From positions 45,632,001 through 45,696,000 of the forward strand of contig OZ024748.1 in the NCBI GenBank assembly GCA_964016885.1: a DNA stretch of 64,000 bases, read 5' to 3'. The translations under genes were made by a program, and so were the position numbers. Positions 1 to 13,548 of the stretch are shown in pieces. The notes under the pieces are model-generated. The model searched no databases. It was not told the origin of the DNA and was given only the letters and a program-made list of their open reading frames with translations. Position 1 is the first letter of the stretch. Each line of letters opens with the position of its first letter. The stretch comes from Eledone cirrhosa. Taxonomy: Eukaryota.

Positions 1-1598
1 TCTGTATCCTAAAATCCCACAGCACCTTCACCTGACTGTTCTCCATCACCGCCTCTGGCCTATGCTCATACCATTTCTCAGAATGTGGTAGATTGTTTAC
101 TTTGCACAGGTGCCAGTGGATCACCCTGCCCATCACATCGTGTCTCCAGCCCTTATAGTGGGTCTGGGCTAGGTGTTTACACTCGGACACAATGTGAGCC
201 ACAGTCTCCTCTCTCTCTCCACAGATCCTGCACAGTGGGCTAGCCTCCTCCTTGTAGATATGGTGCTTCAACCACTTCGTTTTGAGGGCCTGCTCCTGCG
301 CAGCCATTAGCATTCCTTCTGTAGCCTTTTTGAGGTCTCCTCTTCTCAACCAGTTCCATGTCTGTGGATCTCTAAATTCAGTTTTCTCAAAGAAGGTACT
401 ATGAAGGGATTTTCCCTTAAGGCTGCTCTTCCTCCTTGATGTTATTTCCTCCTTGGATATCCCCTGGCCTACTGTCCCCTCCTTCAGTACAGCTCTGAGC
501 ATTGGCTCCTTACTATAGGTCACGTATTTGTATAGGTTGTTTTTCTCCATCTGAACGCAGTCCTCTATGCTGATAAGACCTCTTCCACCCTCAGATCTCC
601 TTAGGTAGAGTCTATCGACATCACTCCTCTTGTGGAACATGTTGTAGATAGTCAATAGCTTCCTAGTCTTCCTATCCATTTCTTTTTGTTCAGCAACATT
701 CCATCTCAGAATTCCCGCACTGTACCTAATAATAGACACAGCTCGGGAATTTACTGCGCTTATGGCATTTCTGCTGTTCAGATGTGACTTCAATACGCTC
801 CTTACTCTCCGAATGTATTCAGTTCTTAACAATTCCTTCATTTTTTTGTTCTTTATGCCATCAGCCTCCAGAACGCCCAAATACTTGTATCCTTCCTCAG
901 AGTCAATTTCCTTTATCATCTCACCTGTTGGTATCTGGATCCCGTTACTTCTGCTCAACCTACCCCTCTTCATCACAATGACTCCACATTTACCAATACC
1001 AAACTGCATACATATATCACTGCTGAAAATACGGACAGTGTCAACAAGCACATCCAACTCCTTCTCACTTTTCCCGAAGAGCTTAAGATCGTCCATGAAG
1101 AGGAGGTGATTGATGGTAAGCTCTCCCCTTCCCAACTTGTATCCTGCTCTCACTTTTCGCAGCATAATGGTCAAGGGCATCAGGGCAAGGACAAACAACA
1201 GAGGGGACAGGCTATCTCCCTGGAAGATACCTCTCTTGATCTTCACGCTTCCCAAGGATACTCCAGTTGATGTCAACTCTGTCTCCCAGGACCCCATACT
1301 CCTGCCCAGCAACTGTCTGATGTTATCTGCCACCCTGAAGATCTCCAGGCTTTTGGTGATCCAGGAATGAGGCACCATGTCAAATGCCTTTCTGTAGTCT
1401 ATCCATCCCATGGCAAGATCAGTGTGTCTCCTCCTGCAATTCCCCATTACCATCTTATCAATAAGCAACTGGTCCTTTGTACCACGTGACTTCTTTCGGC
1501 ATCCTTTCTGTTCGTCCGGTAACAAGTTGTTTGTGTGGAGGTGATGGTAGATTTCCTCAGACACAATGCTCGTCAACAGTTTCCACATTACGGGCAGA

Positions 1599-1599
<1 letters not shown>
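1..1599 (-). mobile_element. 5'-truncated non-LTR retrotransposon, R4/Dong-like (RT and zinc knuckle), running off the window edge
   Basis: Minus-strand translation gives [47 protein letters not shown] and [18 protein letters not shown]; abuts a (TAA)n tract. Confidence 0.9.
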
Positions 1600-1689
<90 letters not shown>

Positions 1690-1690
<1 letters not shown>

Positions 1691-2927
1691 TTTGAGTCTC
1701 AGTCATTGATGTTAGCCAACTGGAAAGTTTGTTGAAATGAATATCAAGCCACTATCTCCAGCCTCAGATATTCAGGACGTATCGGAGGGTTCTTGCTGTT
1801 CCCAGCAAGCATGCCTTTTGAAGCGTTCCAAAAAGCGTGGCGGGGCCAATTTTCTTTAACCATCCCTGGAAACTTTTTGAGATGGTACCTAGTGCGCCTA
1901 TGACAATCGGGACCACTTTGACTTCATGGCAGTTCCAAATCCTTTTTACCTCCCACTTTAATTCCTGGTATCGGTTAATTTTCTCCCTCTCCTTCTCTTG
2001 CACTCTCGTGTCGAATGGGCAGGCCTCATCAACAATCAGGCACGATCTTTTTTCCTTGTCCAAAACCACCAGGTCAGGTCTATTATGTTCCAGTTTCTTG
2101 TCCGTCTGTATCCTAAAATCCCACAGCTCCTTCACCTGATCGTTTTCTATCACCAACTCTGGCTTATGCTCATACCACTTCTCAGAATGTGGTAAATTGT
2201 TTACTTTGCATAGGTGCCAGTGGATCACCCTGCCCATCACATCATGTCTCCAGCTCTTATAGTGAGTCTGGGCTAGGTGTTTACACTCGGATACAATGTG
2301 AGCCACAGTCTCTTCTCTCTCTCCACAGATCCTGCACAGTGGGCTAGCCTCCTCCTTGTAAATATGGTGTTTCAACCACTTCGTTTTGAGGGCCTGCTCT
2401 TGCGCAGCCATTAGCATTCCTTCTGTAGCCATTTCAACCAGTTCCATGTCTGTGGATTTCTGAATTCAGTTTTCTCAAAGAAGGTATTATGAAGGGATTT
2501 TTCATGGAGGCTGCTCATTCTCCTTGTTATTTACTCCTTGGACATCCCCTGGTCTATTGTCCCCTCTTTCAGTACAATTCTGAGCATTGGCTCCTTACTA
2601 TCAGTCACGTATTTGTGTATGTTGTTTTTCTCCATCTGAACACAGTCCTCTATGCTGATAAGACCTCTTCCACCTTCAAATCTCCTTAAGTAGAGTCTAT
2701 CGACATCACTCCTCTTGTGGAACATGTTGTAGATAGTCAATAGCTTCCTAGTCTTCCTATCCATTTCTTTTTGTTCAGCAACATTCCATCTCAGAATTCC
2801 CGCACTGTACCTAATAATAGACACAGCTCGGGAATTTACTGCACTTATGGCATTCCTACTGTTCAGATGTAACTTTAATACGCTCCTTACTCTCCGAATG
2901 TATTCAGATCTCATCTTATCAATTCCT

Positions 2928-2930
<3 letters not shown>
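1690..2930 (-). mobile_element. Second R4/Dong-like copy (3' part: CCHC and restriction-like endonuclease), internally deleted
   Basis: ORF 1764-2447 has CRICG..H..SEC and RPDLVV...D.ACP...EKEREKINRY; closely similar to 1-850; flanked on both sides by (TAA)n. Confidence 0.9.
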
Positions 2931-2987
<57 letters not shown>

Positions 2988-2989
2988 CA

Positions 2990-3740
2990 GTTGCATTTAT
3001 CTTGCTTTATGTTCATACGAGTTATCACCAAGTCACAACCAGTGACCTCAAGAGACAACAAGGTCCGCCATGTTCAAGAAAGAACATACATACTCACACA
3101 TGCATCTTTAGTGTTTAGACTTGTGATGTACTTATATTGACAGAATCTTCCTTAGTATATGGGCAGTTCCCATTAGTAATATCTTTTGTATTTCTCCTAT
3201 ACGCGGGTTTCCTGGGATTTGCGATAAGTAATCATTAGACCCCTTAGATATCATTCCTAGAGCGCCTACAACCACTGGTATTGTTTTAGTTCTCAATTTC
3301 CACATTTTCCAATTTCTATCTCCAGGTCCTTATACTTGCTCAATTTTTCAAATGTTTTTATAGATATATTCTTGTCTATTGGAACGGACATATCAATTAG
3401 CAGGCATACCCTATTTTTAAAGTCCTTCAGTATTATATCAGGTCTATTTGCATCTATTTTTCGGTCTGTTTCACAAGATTGAGATGTCATCTTTTTCAAG
3501 TACGAGAGGTGGTTGATGCTCCCACCAATTCTTTTGATGGGGCAGGTCAAAATGCTTACACATTATCCAATGTATGAATTGTGCAGCTCTGTCTTGCCCG
3601 TTAGGACTGCACATTGAAATTATATGATCAATGGTCTCTGGTTGTTTTTTACATACACGGCATAATGGGTTGCATCCATGTTTTATTATGTTGGCTTGGT
3701 AATTTTTTGTTGGCAGACACTGATCTTGTGCTGATATATA
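2990..3740 (-). mobile_element. Decayed RLE-type LINE 3' fragment (distinct R4/Dong-like family)
   Basis: AQDQCLPT..CRVCKKQPETIDHIISMC and NRPDIILKD...IDMSVP...EKLSKYKDL in broken frames; 3' end abuts (TAA)n. Confidence 0.8.
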
Positions 3741-3744
3741 TATC

Positions 3745-3850
3745 ATAATCCCGCCGAGGTTGACTTTACCTTCCATCCTTACGGGGTCGATAAAATAAAG
3801 TATCAGTAATGCACTGGCTAATTGCTGGCCTTGTGCCAAAAGTAGAAACA

Positions 3851-3855
<5 letters not shown>
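3745..3855 (+). mobile_element. 5'-truncated tRNA-derived SINE (main family)
   Basis: Core cttccatccttacggggtcgataaaataaag, and tail ggccttgtgccaaaagtagaaacaattatt followed by (ATT)n. Confidence 0.8.
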
Positions 3856-3939
<84 letters not shown>

Positions 3940-3942
<3 letters not shown>

Positions 3943-4080
3943 ATAGTAGAACAAAGGTGGGTTATATCTGTAGTAATAGAACACTCAGTCCATGGGATAA
4001 GTTTGGTAGAAATAGTTCCACAACAGTTAATTCGCCATTTCCTAGAACAATTGTTTCACTTTTGTCAGATCATCAAAAAT
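3940..4080 (-). mobile_element. Diverged solo arm of the Penelope-like family seen at 16420-17510 and 36304-36520
   Basis: Reverse-complement similarity to 17370-17510, including a decayed hammerhead (ttgatga...gaaacaattgttct). Confidence 0.6.
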
Positions 4081-4525
4081 TGCTCGCATCGCTCCAAATG
4101 CAGAAACTAATATGGATGTCCTATTATTAATCCATTCAATGGATTACCTCCACCATATATATTACTGAAGTAATAGAAATTTAACACAAGTACTTGGTAA
4201 CGGCCTTGTAGTTATATGTACACCTACATACATATATGTGTACAAATGTTTATATATGCACATACATTTATACATAAAATCACACATATGCAGACACAAC
4301 TACATACACACACACATTTATATATAATTATGTGTATATATATATACTTATGTATATGTATATATACTTATATATATATATATATATATATACAATTAAT
4401 TCAACGAATGTCGTGTAATTGAAGTTGGAAGTAATCAGACAGGGTATTGAAACAATTGTAGAACGAGGGAACAACATAAATGCGTAAACTTCGTACATTA
4501 TAACATATATATATACATGTATATG

Positions 4526-4587
<62 letters not shown>

Positions 4588-4589
<2 letters not shown>

Positions 4590-4863
4590 AAAGAATAGAG
4601 CTGTAACACACGAGTTGTGATATATTAGTAAAAGGAAAAGAAAATGCTGAGAAATATTTCCCAGTGAAAAATAGTTTAATAAGTATTGGTTAGTATTCAG
4701 TTTTAGTTTTAAGGTTTTACCGGTTGCGCATTTGAAATGCGTAACCGGTAAAAACTTAAAATTAAAACTGAATACTAACCAATACTTATTACTAACTTTT
4801 ACTTGTTCCTAATTAAACTATTTTTCACTGGGAAATATTTGTCACCATTTTCTTTTCCTTTTA

Positions 4864-4870
<7 letters not shown>
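4588..4870. mobile_element. (TA)n-flanked foldback element
   Basis: Arms ~4622-4732 and ~4735-4870 are reverse complements around catttgaaatg; extra tail on the left. Confidence 0.75.
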
Positions 4871-4939
<69 letters not shown>

Positions 4940-4943
<4 letters not shown>

Positions 4944-5163
4944 TAAACTCAAACAGTCTTTTACAATTAAATAGCTCAAAGAAAGAGAAATTTCTGAGCC
5001 GTGTAATACAAATGAATATATGATAGGGATAAACACAAATACAAGTATATAAGTGTTTGTATTGCAAATGACCAAGTTAGCTAGATTGAAAAATACTAAT
5101 TAAAATTTGCAATACAAACTCTTATATACTTGTATTTGTGTTTATCCCTATCATATATTCATT

Positions 5164-5167
<4 letters not shown>
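4940..5167. mobile_element. (TA)n-flanked foldback element
   Basis: tacaaatgaatatatgatagggataaacac...ttgcaaat is mirrored at 5105-5167; tail on the left. Confidence 0.75.
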
Positions 5168-5782
<615 letters not shown>

Positions 5783-5789
5783 GAGGAAG

Positions 5790-6252
5790 TTATAGTTCAC
5801 TTGAAGCATTGTGTAATGAGGTATAAACGTTTGTATATGTATAATAAAGCCAAAACAATGCAGGTATGGACATAGAATAAAGAATGCAAATGCAAAAGTT
5901 ATTGTTGAAAATTACTCTTTTACCTTAGATTTATTTAAATGTCCTTAATTTTCGAGATAATATCTCTTCTTCGGAGGGAAGTAAAGCGGTTAAACCAGTA
6001 TTCTAAATAGCTTGCCAAGTCATGGTGACAGGAAATGGTAAATGGAAATGTCAGCATGACTTGGCAAGCTATTTAGAACACTGGTTTAACCGCTTTACTT
6101 CCCTCCGAAGAAGAGATATTATCTCAAAAATTAAGGACATTTAAATAAATCTAAGGTAAAAGACTAATTGTCAACAATATCTTTTGCATTTACATTCTTT
6201 ATTCTATGTCCATACCTGCATTGTTTTGGCTTTATTATACATATACAAACTT
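5790..6252. mobile_element. (TA)n-flanked foldback element (second copy at 48771-49135)
   Basis: Arms ~5828-6030 and ~6050-6250; contains cct-CCGAAGA-a-gagat att atctc-GAAA-atta-agg. Confidence 0.8.
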
Positions 6253-6384
6253 TTATATATATATATATATACCAACTATCTAAATACGTATATATAAACA
6301 CATGCATGTGTGTATGTATGTATAAATGTATGTGCATATACATGTGTGTCTATGTATACATGCATGTATGCATGTGTGTAGGTG

Positions 6385-6430
<46 letters not shown>

Positions 6431-6432
<2 letters not shown>

Positions 6433-6625
6433 ACGGAGGAGTTGTGGTAAGGAGCCAGATGGACCATAACGCACCAGAGTACTCAATACTTAGGGTAGTA
6501 GAGTGGGTAATAGGACAAAGTATGACCCCGACGGCAGAGCTCAAGCCGTTTCGACGGCTATTTCTGGTCCAGAAATACCCGTCAAAACGGCTTGAGCTCT
6601 GCCGTCGGGGTCATACTTTCTCCTA
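6431..6625. mobile_element. Foldback family A copy (others at 15691-16404, 27175-27347, 29137-29343, 33287-33483, 57826-58191; fragment 11836-11895)
   Basis: Shared gaccccgacggcagagctcaagccgtttcgacggctatttctgg, inverted within each copy; all copies lie between (TA)n. Confidence 0.85.
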
Positions 6626-6714
6626 TATATATATATATATATATTGTAATCATTTCTACATTATTTTGATCAGATTATTCATTTTTCAGACATCACGATG
6701 GTCAACTCATGCAA

Positions 6715-7470
6715 TCTCTTTCTCTACCACCTTCTCTCTGTCTTCCTCTCTCTTTCTCTTCCCTCGTTTTCCCCTCACTTCCTCTCTTTCTCTCCACTTA
6801 CCTTCTCCCCCTCATTTCCTCTCTTTCTCTACCCCCTTCTCTCTTTCTCTTCCCTCCTTCTTTTCCCCTCACTTCCCCTCTTTCTCTCCACTTACCTTCT
6901 CCCCTCATTTCCTCTCTTTCTCTCCACTTACCTTCTCCCCCTCTCATTTCCTCGCTTTCTCTCCACTTACCTTCTCCCCCCTAATTTCCTCTCTTTCTCT
7001 CCACTTACCTTCTCCTCTCCCTCATTTCCTCTCTTTCTCTACCTCCTTCTCTCTGTCTGTCTTCCTCTCTCTTTCTCATCCCTCCTTATCTACCCACTTG
7101 CTCTCCTTCTCCCCACCTATCTTCCTTTCTTTTACTACCTCCTTCTCTCCCCTCACTTCCTCTCTTTTTAATTACTCTCCTTCTCTCCGTCTCTCTTCCT
7201 CTCTCCTCCTCTATCCTCCTTCTCTCCCCTCATTTCATTTCTTTCTCTATTCTCCTTCTCTCCACCATTTCCTATCTCCTTCTCTCCTGTCTACCCCATC
7301 ACTGTCCCTTTACTCTCTCTCTCTCTCTCTGCCTACCTTTCTACCTCTCTTTACTTCTCTCTCTCTTTCTAAGTCTTCTCTTCTCTTTAGTAACACCCTC
7401 TCTCTACCTACGTATCTCCTTCTCACCTTTCATCCTCTCTTTCTTTGTTTCTCTTTCTCTCTACTTCTCT
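6715..7470. repeat. CT-rich low-complexity tract with a ~36-38 bp degenerate unit
   Basis: Repeated ctctttctctccacttaccttctcccc. Confidence 0.8.
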
Positions 7471-7630
7471 CAGTTTTTCTACCGTTCGCTTCAATTTTAC
7501 GAAATCTTTGTTCAATTTTTATCTTAAGTAATTATCCAATATTTAAATTAATCTCATTATATATTCGTATTTTTGACATCATCATTATATATCTCACTCA
7601 CTCACACATTAACTCGCTCTCTCTCTAACA

Positions 7631-8202
7631 CAGAGGTTCTCAAACTTGTTGGGCCACCGCCCCCCACGGCCACATAATTCCTAGACAGACCTGTCTACAG
7701 ACAGACCTGTCTACAGACAGATTGTAAATAATATATAATTGTTTCTACTTTAGGCACAAGGCCAGCAATTACCCAGTTCATTACTGGTACTTTATTTTAT
7801 CAACCCCGTAAGGATGAAAGGCAAAGTCAACCTCGGCGAGATTTGAACTCAGATCGTAAAGGGACGTAACTATGCTGGAAAGCATGGCGTCCGACCCTCT
7901 ACCGATACTGCCAATCCACCGCCCTCTGTAAATAATATATAATAAATACAATCTTTAATTTATATATAATAAATAATATACTATATACTATGTATAAATA
8001 AATATATATTTTTGATTTTACTCTATTTATATATAATATGTATTATTTGATTTTTAATATACTATTATATCATCTCTACTGTCCCTTCCCAGCGCCCCCT
8101 TATATGCCGGCGCCTCCTTAGCCCCCAGCGCCCCCTGGACCTGCTCAACGCGCCCCACTGGGGTGGCGGGGGGGTCGATATCGCCCACTTTGAGAACCTC
8201 TG
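7631..8202. mobile_element. hAT-type MITE with a nested SINE (~7740-7926)
   Basis: TIR CAGAGGTTCTCAAA/TTTGAGAACCTCTG; near-matching 8-bp TSD ctctaaca/ctctacta; the SINE is flanked by the duplication tgtaaataatatataat. Confidence 0.8.
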
Positions 8203-8373
8203 CTCTACTACATTCATGCACACACTCACACACTCACAGGCATGGACACATCCACTCACTCGATCTTTCTCACATTCTCTAATACACATCTGATACCAAA
8301 TGTACCCAATCACGTGATAAAACATTCTCCAATTCATTCAATCAACCACTTCCTTACCAATTCACTCACGTTC

Positions 8374-8409
<36 letters not shown>

Positions 8410-8413
<4 letters not shown>

Positions 8414-8670
8414 CGATCAACAAGATCCCAGACCTCATTTACTTGCCGAGTGGGGTGAACCCTCACACTCGTAAAATCGGACCAAGGAAACGATGTTTCC
8501 ATTGGTCTTTCCATTGCAGATACTATCTGTCGGTCACAACTGCAGACAGACGGAGCAACGTGAAATAAAATGTCTTGCTCAAGGACACAGCTCATCTCCC
8601 GGTCCGAGAATTGAACTCGCAACCTCACTATTGCTTATCAAACTCTCTAACCATCCACTCAATTGCTTAT
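8410..8670 (-). mobile_element. Second SINE family (CORE-like tccttgagcaagacat); another copy at ~18715-19010 (+)
   Basis: gagcaacgtgaaataaaatgtcttgctcaaggacac plus a B-box-like gagttcaattc on minus. Confidence 0.6.
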
Positions 8671-8884
8671 GCACTCCTGCACTCATTGAGTGAGTCAGTA
8701 AATCCTTAATCCACTCACTCATTCAGGCAGTCAATCACTCACTAACTCACATTCCTTCACTCACATATTAAAACACTCACTCATATATTAAAACATTCAC
8801 TTTCCCTCACACTATTACTCTATCCCTCAGTCACTCCGTAACGCTCTCAATCTCTCTACTATTTATGTCTTTCCAGAAACCAAC

Positions 8885-8969
8885 ATGCAAAGCAAAGTAA
8901 TAAGTTTGCTACTTGCAGCATTCACCTTGTTTGTCATCCAGGTCTACAGCAATGAAGCCCAGAAAATAC
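8885..8969 (+). CDS. LFRFa: LFRFamide-family neuropeptide precursor, first coding exon (signal peptide MQSKVISLLLAAFTLFVIQVYSNEAQKI)
   Basis: Acceptor ttccag|AAAC at 8876/8877; ATG at 8885 (caacATG); basic N-region followed by a hydrophobic core; donor AC|gtgagt at 8969/8970. Phase 1 joins in frame to the acceptor at 12990/12991. Confidence 0.85.
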
Positions 8970-9446
8970 GTGAGTTGACCCTTAATTCATAATATACACA
9001 CACACACACATATATATACACACGCATATATACACACATATACACAGACACATATCGAATGGATCTCCGTCGTCTTCGAAGCTGGGTACTCTAGTTATTC
9101 AATCACCCGAACGCGAAATTTACATGTTTACATGCAATCGTATAAGGCTTACACTCTAAGCATTTCATAGACTCAAGTAAACTTAACGTAATTCTCAGAA
9201 AGATCCAGCACAACATTAAACAGTGTTGAATTACAATGCTGTCATTTCGAAATAGAGGTACAGTTCGTCTGATGGGATTCCAAGCCGAACAGTTTCCGTC
9301 TTCGCAATTTCGCTGACGAAACATAGGTTGGTCGTTAGCTATGGTAAATTACATTTGCCGAAGACAAGATGTCACGCAACGGGTTCATACCTGGAACCTA
9401 ATGATTGCGAAACGAACTCCTTAACCATTCGGTCATGTTGTGTTAT

Positions 9447-9660
9447 CAATAGCCATATATAGCCATAAATACACCCATATATACATCAATAGCCATATAT
9501 AGCCATAAATACACCCATATATACCATATATACATCAATAGCCATATATAGCCATAAATACACCCATATATACCATATATACATCAATAGCCATATATAG
9601 CCATAAATACACCCATATATACCATATATACATCAATAGCCATATATAGCCATATATACA
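9447..9660. repeat. Minisatellite, ~40-49 bp unit (atcaatagccatatatagccataaatacacccatatatac...)
   Basis: Four to five visible tandem units. Confidence 0.85.
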
Positions 9661-9755
9661 CCCTTCCACGGTGTCCTCAGATACATACAGGAACATGTTT
9701 TACACTGAGATATACTTGTTCTCATCGCCACCAGAAAATGCCATGAACGTGTACT

Positions 9756-11237
9756 TGGCTGTTGGCTATACCCTGGGTTTCCACTGTATTTTATTGGCTG
9801 TTGTCTATACCCTGGGTTACCACTGTATCCTATTGGCTGTTGGCTATACCCTGGGTTACCACTGTATCCTATTGGCTGTTGGCTATACCCTGGGTTACCA
9901 CTGTATCCTATTGGCTGTTGGCTATACCCTGGGTTACCACTGTATCCTATTGGCTGTTGGCTATACCCTGGGTTACCACTGTATCCTATTGGCTGTTGGC
10001 TATAGCCTGGGTTACCACTGTATCCTATTGGCTGTTGGCTATAACCTGGGTTACCACTGTATCCTATTGGCTGTTGGCTATAACCTGGGTTACCACTGTA
10101 TCCTATTGGCTGTTGGCTATAACCTGGGTTACCACTGTATCCTATTGGCTGTTGGCTATAACCTGGGTTACCACTGTATCCTATTGGCTGTTGGCTATAG
10201 CCTGGGTTACCACTGTATCCTATTGGCTGTTGGCTATAGCCTGGGTTACCACTGTATCCTATTGGCTGTTGGCTATAACCTGGGTTACCACTGTATCCTA
10301 TTGGCTGTTGGCTATAACCTGGGTTACCACTGTATCCTATTGGCTGTTGGCTATAGCCTGGGTTACCACTGTATCCTATTGGCTGTTGGCTATAACCTGG
10401 GTTACCACTGTATCCTATTGGCTGTTGGCTATAGCCTGGGTTACCACTGTATCCTATTGGCTGTTGGCTATAACCTGGGTTACCACTGTATCCTATTGGC
10501 TGTTGGCTATAACCTGGGTTACCACTGTATCCTATTGGCTGTTGGCTATAACCTGGGTTACCACTGTATCCTATTGGCTGTTGGCTATAACCTGGGTTAC
10601 CACTGTATCCTATTGGCTGTTGGCTATACCCTGGGTTACCACTGTATCCTATTGGCTGTTGGCTATACCCTGGGTTACCACTGTATCCTATTGGCTGTTG
10701 GCTATAACCTGGGTTACCACTGTATCCTATTGGCTGTTGGCTATAACCTGGGTTACCACTGTATCCTATTGGCTGTTGGCTATAACCTGGGTTACCACTG
10801 TATCCTATTGGCTGTTGGCTATACCCTGGGTTACCACTGTATCCTATTGGCTGTTGGCTATACCCTGGGTTACCACTGTATCCTATTGGCTGTTGGCTAT
10901 ACCCTGGGTTACCACTGTATCCTATTGGCTGTTGGCTATAACCTGGGTTACCACTGTATCCTATTGGCTGTTGGCTATAACCTGGGTTACCACTGTATCC
11001 TATTGGCTGTTGGCTATAACCTGGGTTACCACTGTATCCTATTGGCTGTTGGCTATAACCTGGGTTACCACTGTATCCTATTGGCTGTTGGCTATACCCT
11101 GGGTTACCACTGTATCCTATTGGCTGTTGGCTATAACCTGGGTTACCACTGTATCCTATTGACTGTTGGCTATAACCTGGGTTACCACTGTATCCTATTG
11201 GCTGTTGGCTATAGCCTGGGTTACCACTGTATCCTAT
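9756..11237. repeat. 39-bp minisatellite (~38 copies) in the neuropeptide intron
   Basis: Unit ttggctgttggctata[a/c/g]cctgggttaccactgtatccta; almost all variation is at a single position. Confidence 0.97.
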
Positions 11238-11278
11238 CCCAGGGAGATATCGTTCACCAATTATCCCCATTAAATAAA

Positions 11279-11400
11279 TACGAGGGTGGACTGAAAAGTT
11301 CATTGGTTGACCAAGATAGAAGAGTCGAAATGAACGGAATTAATCCATGCAAGAATTCACAATTCTTGCAACAGTCCTTCGTTGTAATCCTATGAACGTT
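11279..11400. mobile_element. Mariner-like TIR/MITE remnant (related end at ~15051-15130)
   Basis: TA-cgagggtggactgaaaagttc, similar to tacgagggtcgactaaaagattc at 15051. Confidence 0.5.
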
Positions 11401-11702
11401 CAGCCCCCGTAAGCAAATAATTAAATGTATAAATAGATTTAAAAAAATACAATAGAAATGTTTAATTGCTGTAATAAAAGCTTAGTATTATGAGTGCTTT
11501 GTAAAACCAATGAATAGACCACAGAACAAGCTAAGACTTGAAGTTATCTACAATGATATTGTTTATGGTTTAATCTTATCAAACATCTTGAGCTATGTTA
11601 CTTGAAGGGTTTCTTACAATTTCTGATTAATTAAACGGTAAAGTGTGATATATATGAGTGTGGAATTCTTCCTCATAATCATTTATCTTTTGAGAATAAA
11701 AT

Positions 11703-11838
<136 letters not shown>

Positions 11839-12438
11839 AAAAGAGTCAGGACCCCGACGGCTGAGCTCCGGCCGTTTCGACAGCTAGATCTTTATTAAAT
11901 ATATATATATATATATATATATGAGAATAAACGTGCTGCGGGGCTGCTAATGGGTTACATATGAATAAAGTTAGTCCTTCATCAATGATCTTCCAACCAT
12001 CATTGGTATTTCATCGCTTTAAAGACCATATACCTCCGGTTGGTGCGAGCAACGGCTAAAAAAAGTCGTTGGGACACGTAAATAAAGATGACACGAGTGT
12101 AAACAAACAAAAATGGTGAAGCAACGAAAAGTGAGGCAGAAGGAGTCAAGTCCCAAATTTCTATGAATTTAAATTCGGTGAAATCGTGAACGAGAGAGAA
12201 TAAAGACCATCAAACCTGGTTGAAATGTGAGCAAGGAAGGAATTCCGTACAGGTCTAACGGGAGGAAGAAGGAGTCTAGTCTGTGAATTCGGTAAACATA
12301 AGTTCTGTGAAATCGTAGACGAGAGAGAGAAAAAATGCCGACCGGCCTGGCCAAGCGTGCGAAAGAAAAGAATTACGCACAGGTCAAACGGGAAGAAGGA
12401 CGAGGAGGAGGGGTAGTAACAGATCATGAGTGAGTGAA

Positions 12439-12476
<38 letters not shown>

Positions 12477-12990
12477 AACATATATTCAAAGTAATATATT
12501 TCTTTATTGTAAAAACAAATAAAGGGTGTTAGGTTATAACTTGAGTTAATATTAATTTTGTAATAGGATACGTTGTCTGTATACTTTACTAAGAAACTAT
12601 TTTCCGATCTGTGGCTTAGTGGTTAGAGCTATTGGATCCATGATCGACATTATTTTGAGGGTGGGGATTTAGCTGACTCGTTAGAGCGTCTAACAACATG
12701 GTTTACAGCATAGGGTTATGGTCCTTTACGTTCTGATTTAGACACATGGCCAACAACAATTTTGGCTGAGAGGAAAGTAGATTAAATCGACTCCAGGGCG
12801 TTATTGCTACTTTATTTTATCGGCTCTGCAATGGTAAAAGGACGCAACTCTATGTCCTAAAGCATGCTGTCCGTCGCTCTTCCGATTCTACCAACCCACC
12901 TCCTTGAAAGGTATTTTGTCTGGTTGTATGACTGTATCGTTTACCTTGTTTTGAAAATACATATACTAACGGGTTTTATTTTATTTTCAG

Positions 12991-13463
12991 CTACAGATTC
13001 TGCAAGAATTGGTAGTATTTTAGGTCTCCAAGATGAAGACGACAACGGATTAGAGAAATCATCTTTGGATGACCAAGGTCTTGGAATTGATGACGTCGAT
13101 AAACGTAATAGCCTCTTCCGGTTCGGCAAGCGCAGTGGAGTTTTCCGCTATGGTAAACGTACATTATTTCGTTTTGGTAAACGAGGAAAAGCAATGCGAC
13201 TGAGTCGAAGTGATTCTAATGAAGAACCAGAAGACGAAGGATTGAAAAGAACCATTTTCAGATATGGTAAACGTGACGGTTCCGAGGAACCTTATGAATA
13301 CGAAGACCCAGCCCTTGCAGTAGCAGTAGTACCTGAAGACAAACGAAGTAATTTCTTCAGGTATGGCCGAAGCCGTACAGTTTTCAGATATGGCCGAAGT
13401 ACTGGAAAAACTAACGAAAAACGCCCACACACACCTTTCCGCTTTGGAAGGGAAGAGAAGTGA
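12991..13463 (+). CDS. LFRFa: LFRFamide-family neuropeptide precursor, main exon (NSLFRFa, SGVFRYa, TLFRFa, TIFRYa, SNFFRYa, SRTVFRYa, PHTPFRFa)
   Basis: Repeated KR-X-FR[F/Y]-G-(K)R amidation/cleavage cassettes with acidic spacers. Branch point TACTAAC (12964-12970), pyrimidine tract and ttttcag| acceptor. C+CT gives Pro in frame with the upstream exon. The ORF-track start at 12864 is intronic. Confidence 0.95.
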
Positions 13464-13548
13464 ACAGACAGACAGATGTCATTTTCAGATGTCATTAACA
13501 GATTATCAGATAATTATAACAGACTAAACAGACTAAACAGATGAGCTC

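Noticed and set aside
1690-3855. Dong-like LINE as the partner of the main SINE
   Set aside because: No visible 3' sequence similarity, and the tails are opposite repeats in sense orientation ((AAT)n vs (ATT)n).
6168-7628. 486-aa ORF
   Set aside because: Read-through of microsatellite, foldback and CT-rich sequence; no domain.
9756-11237. CRISPR-like array
   Set aside because: Contiguous tandem units with no unique spacers, no cas genes, and a eukaryotic context.
9671-11395. Plus-strand 574-aa and 466-aa ORFs
   Set aside because: By-products of a stop-free 39-bp unit lying in an intron on the same strand.
12864-12990. N-terminal extension of the 199-aa ORF
   Set aside because: Starts in a decayed SINE and runs through a branch point and pyrimidine tract; the signal exon at 8885 fits better.
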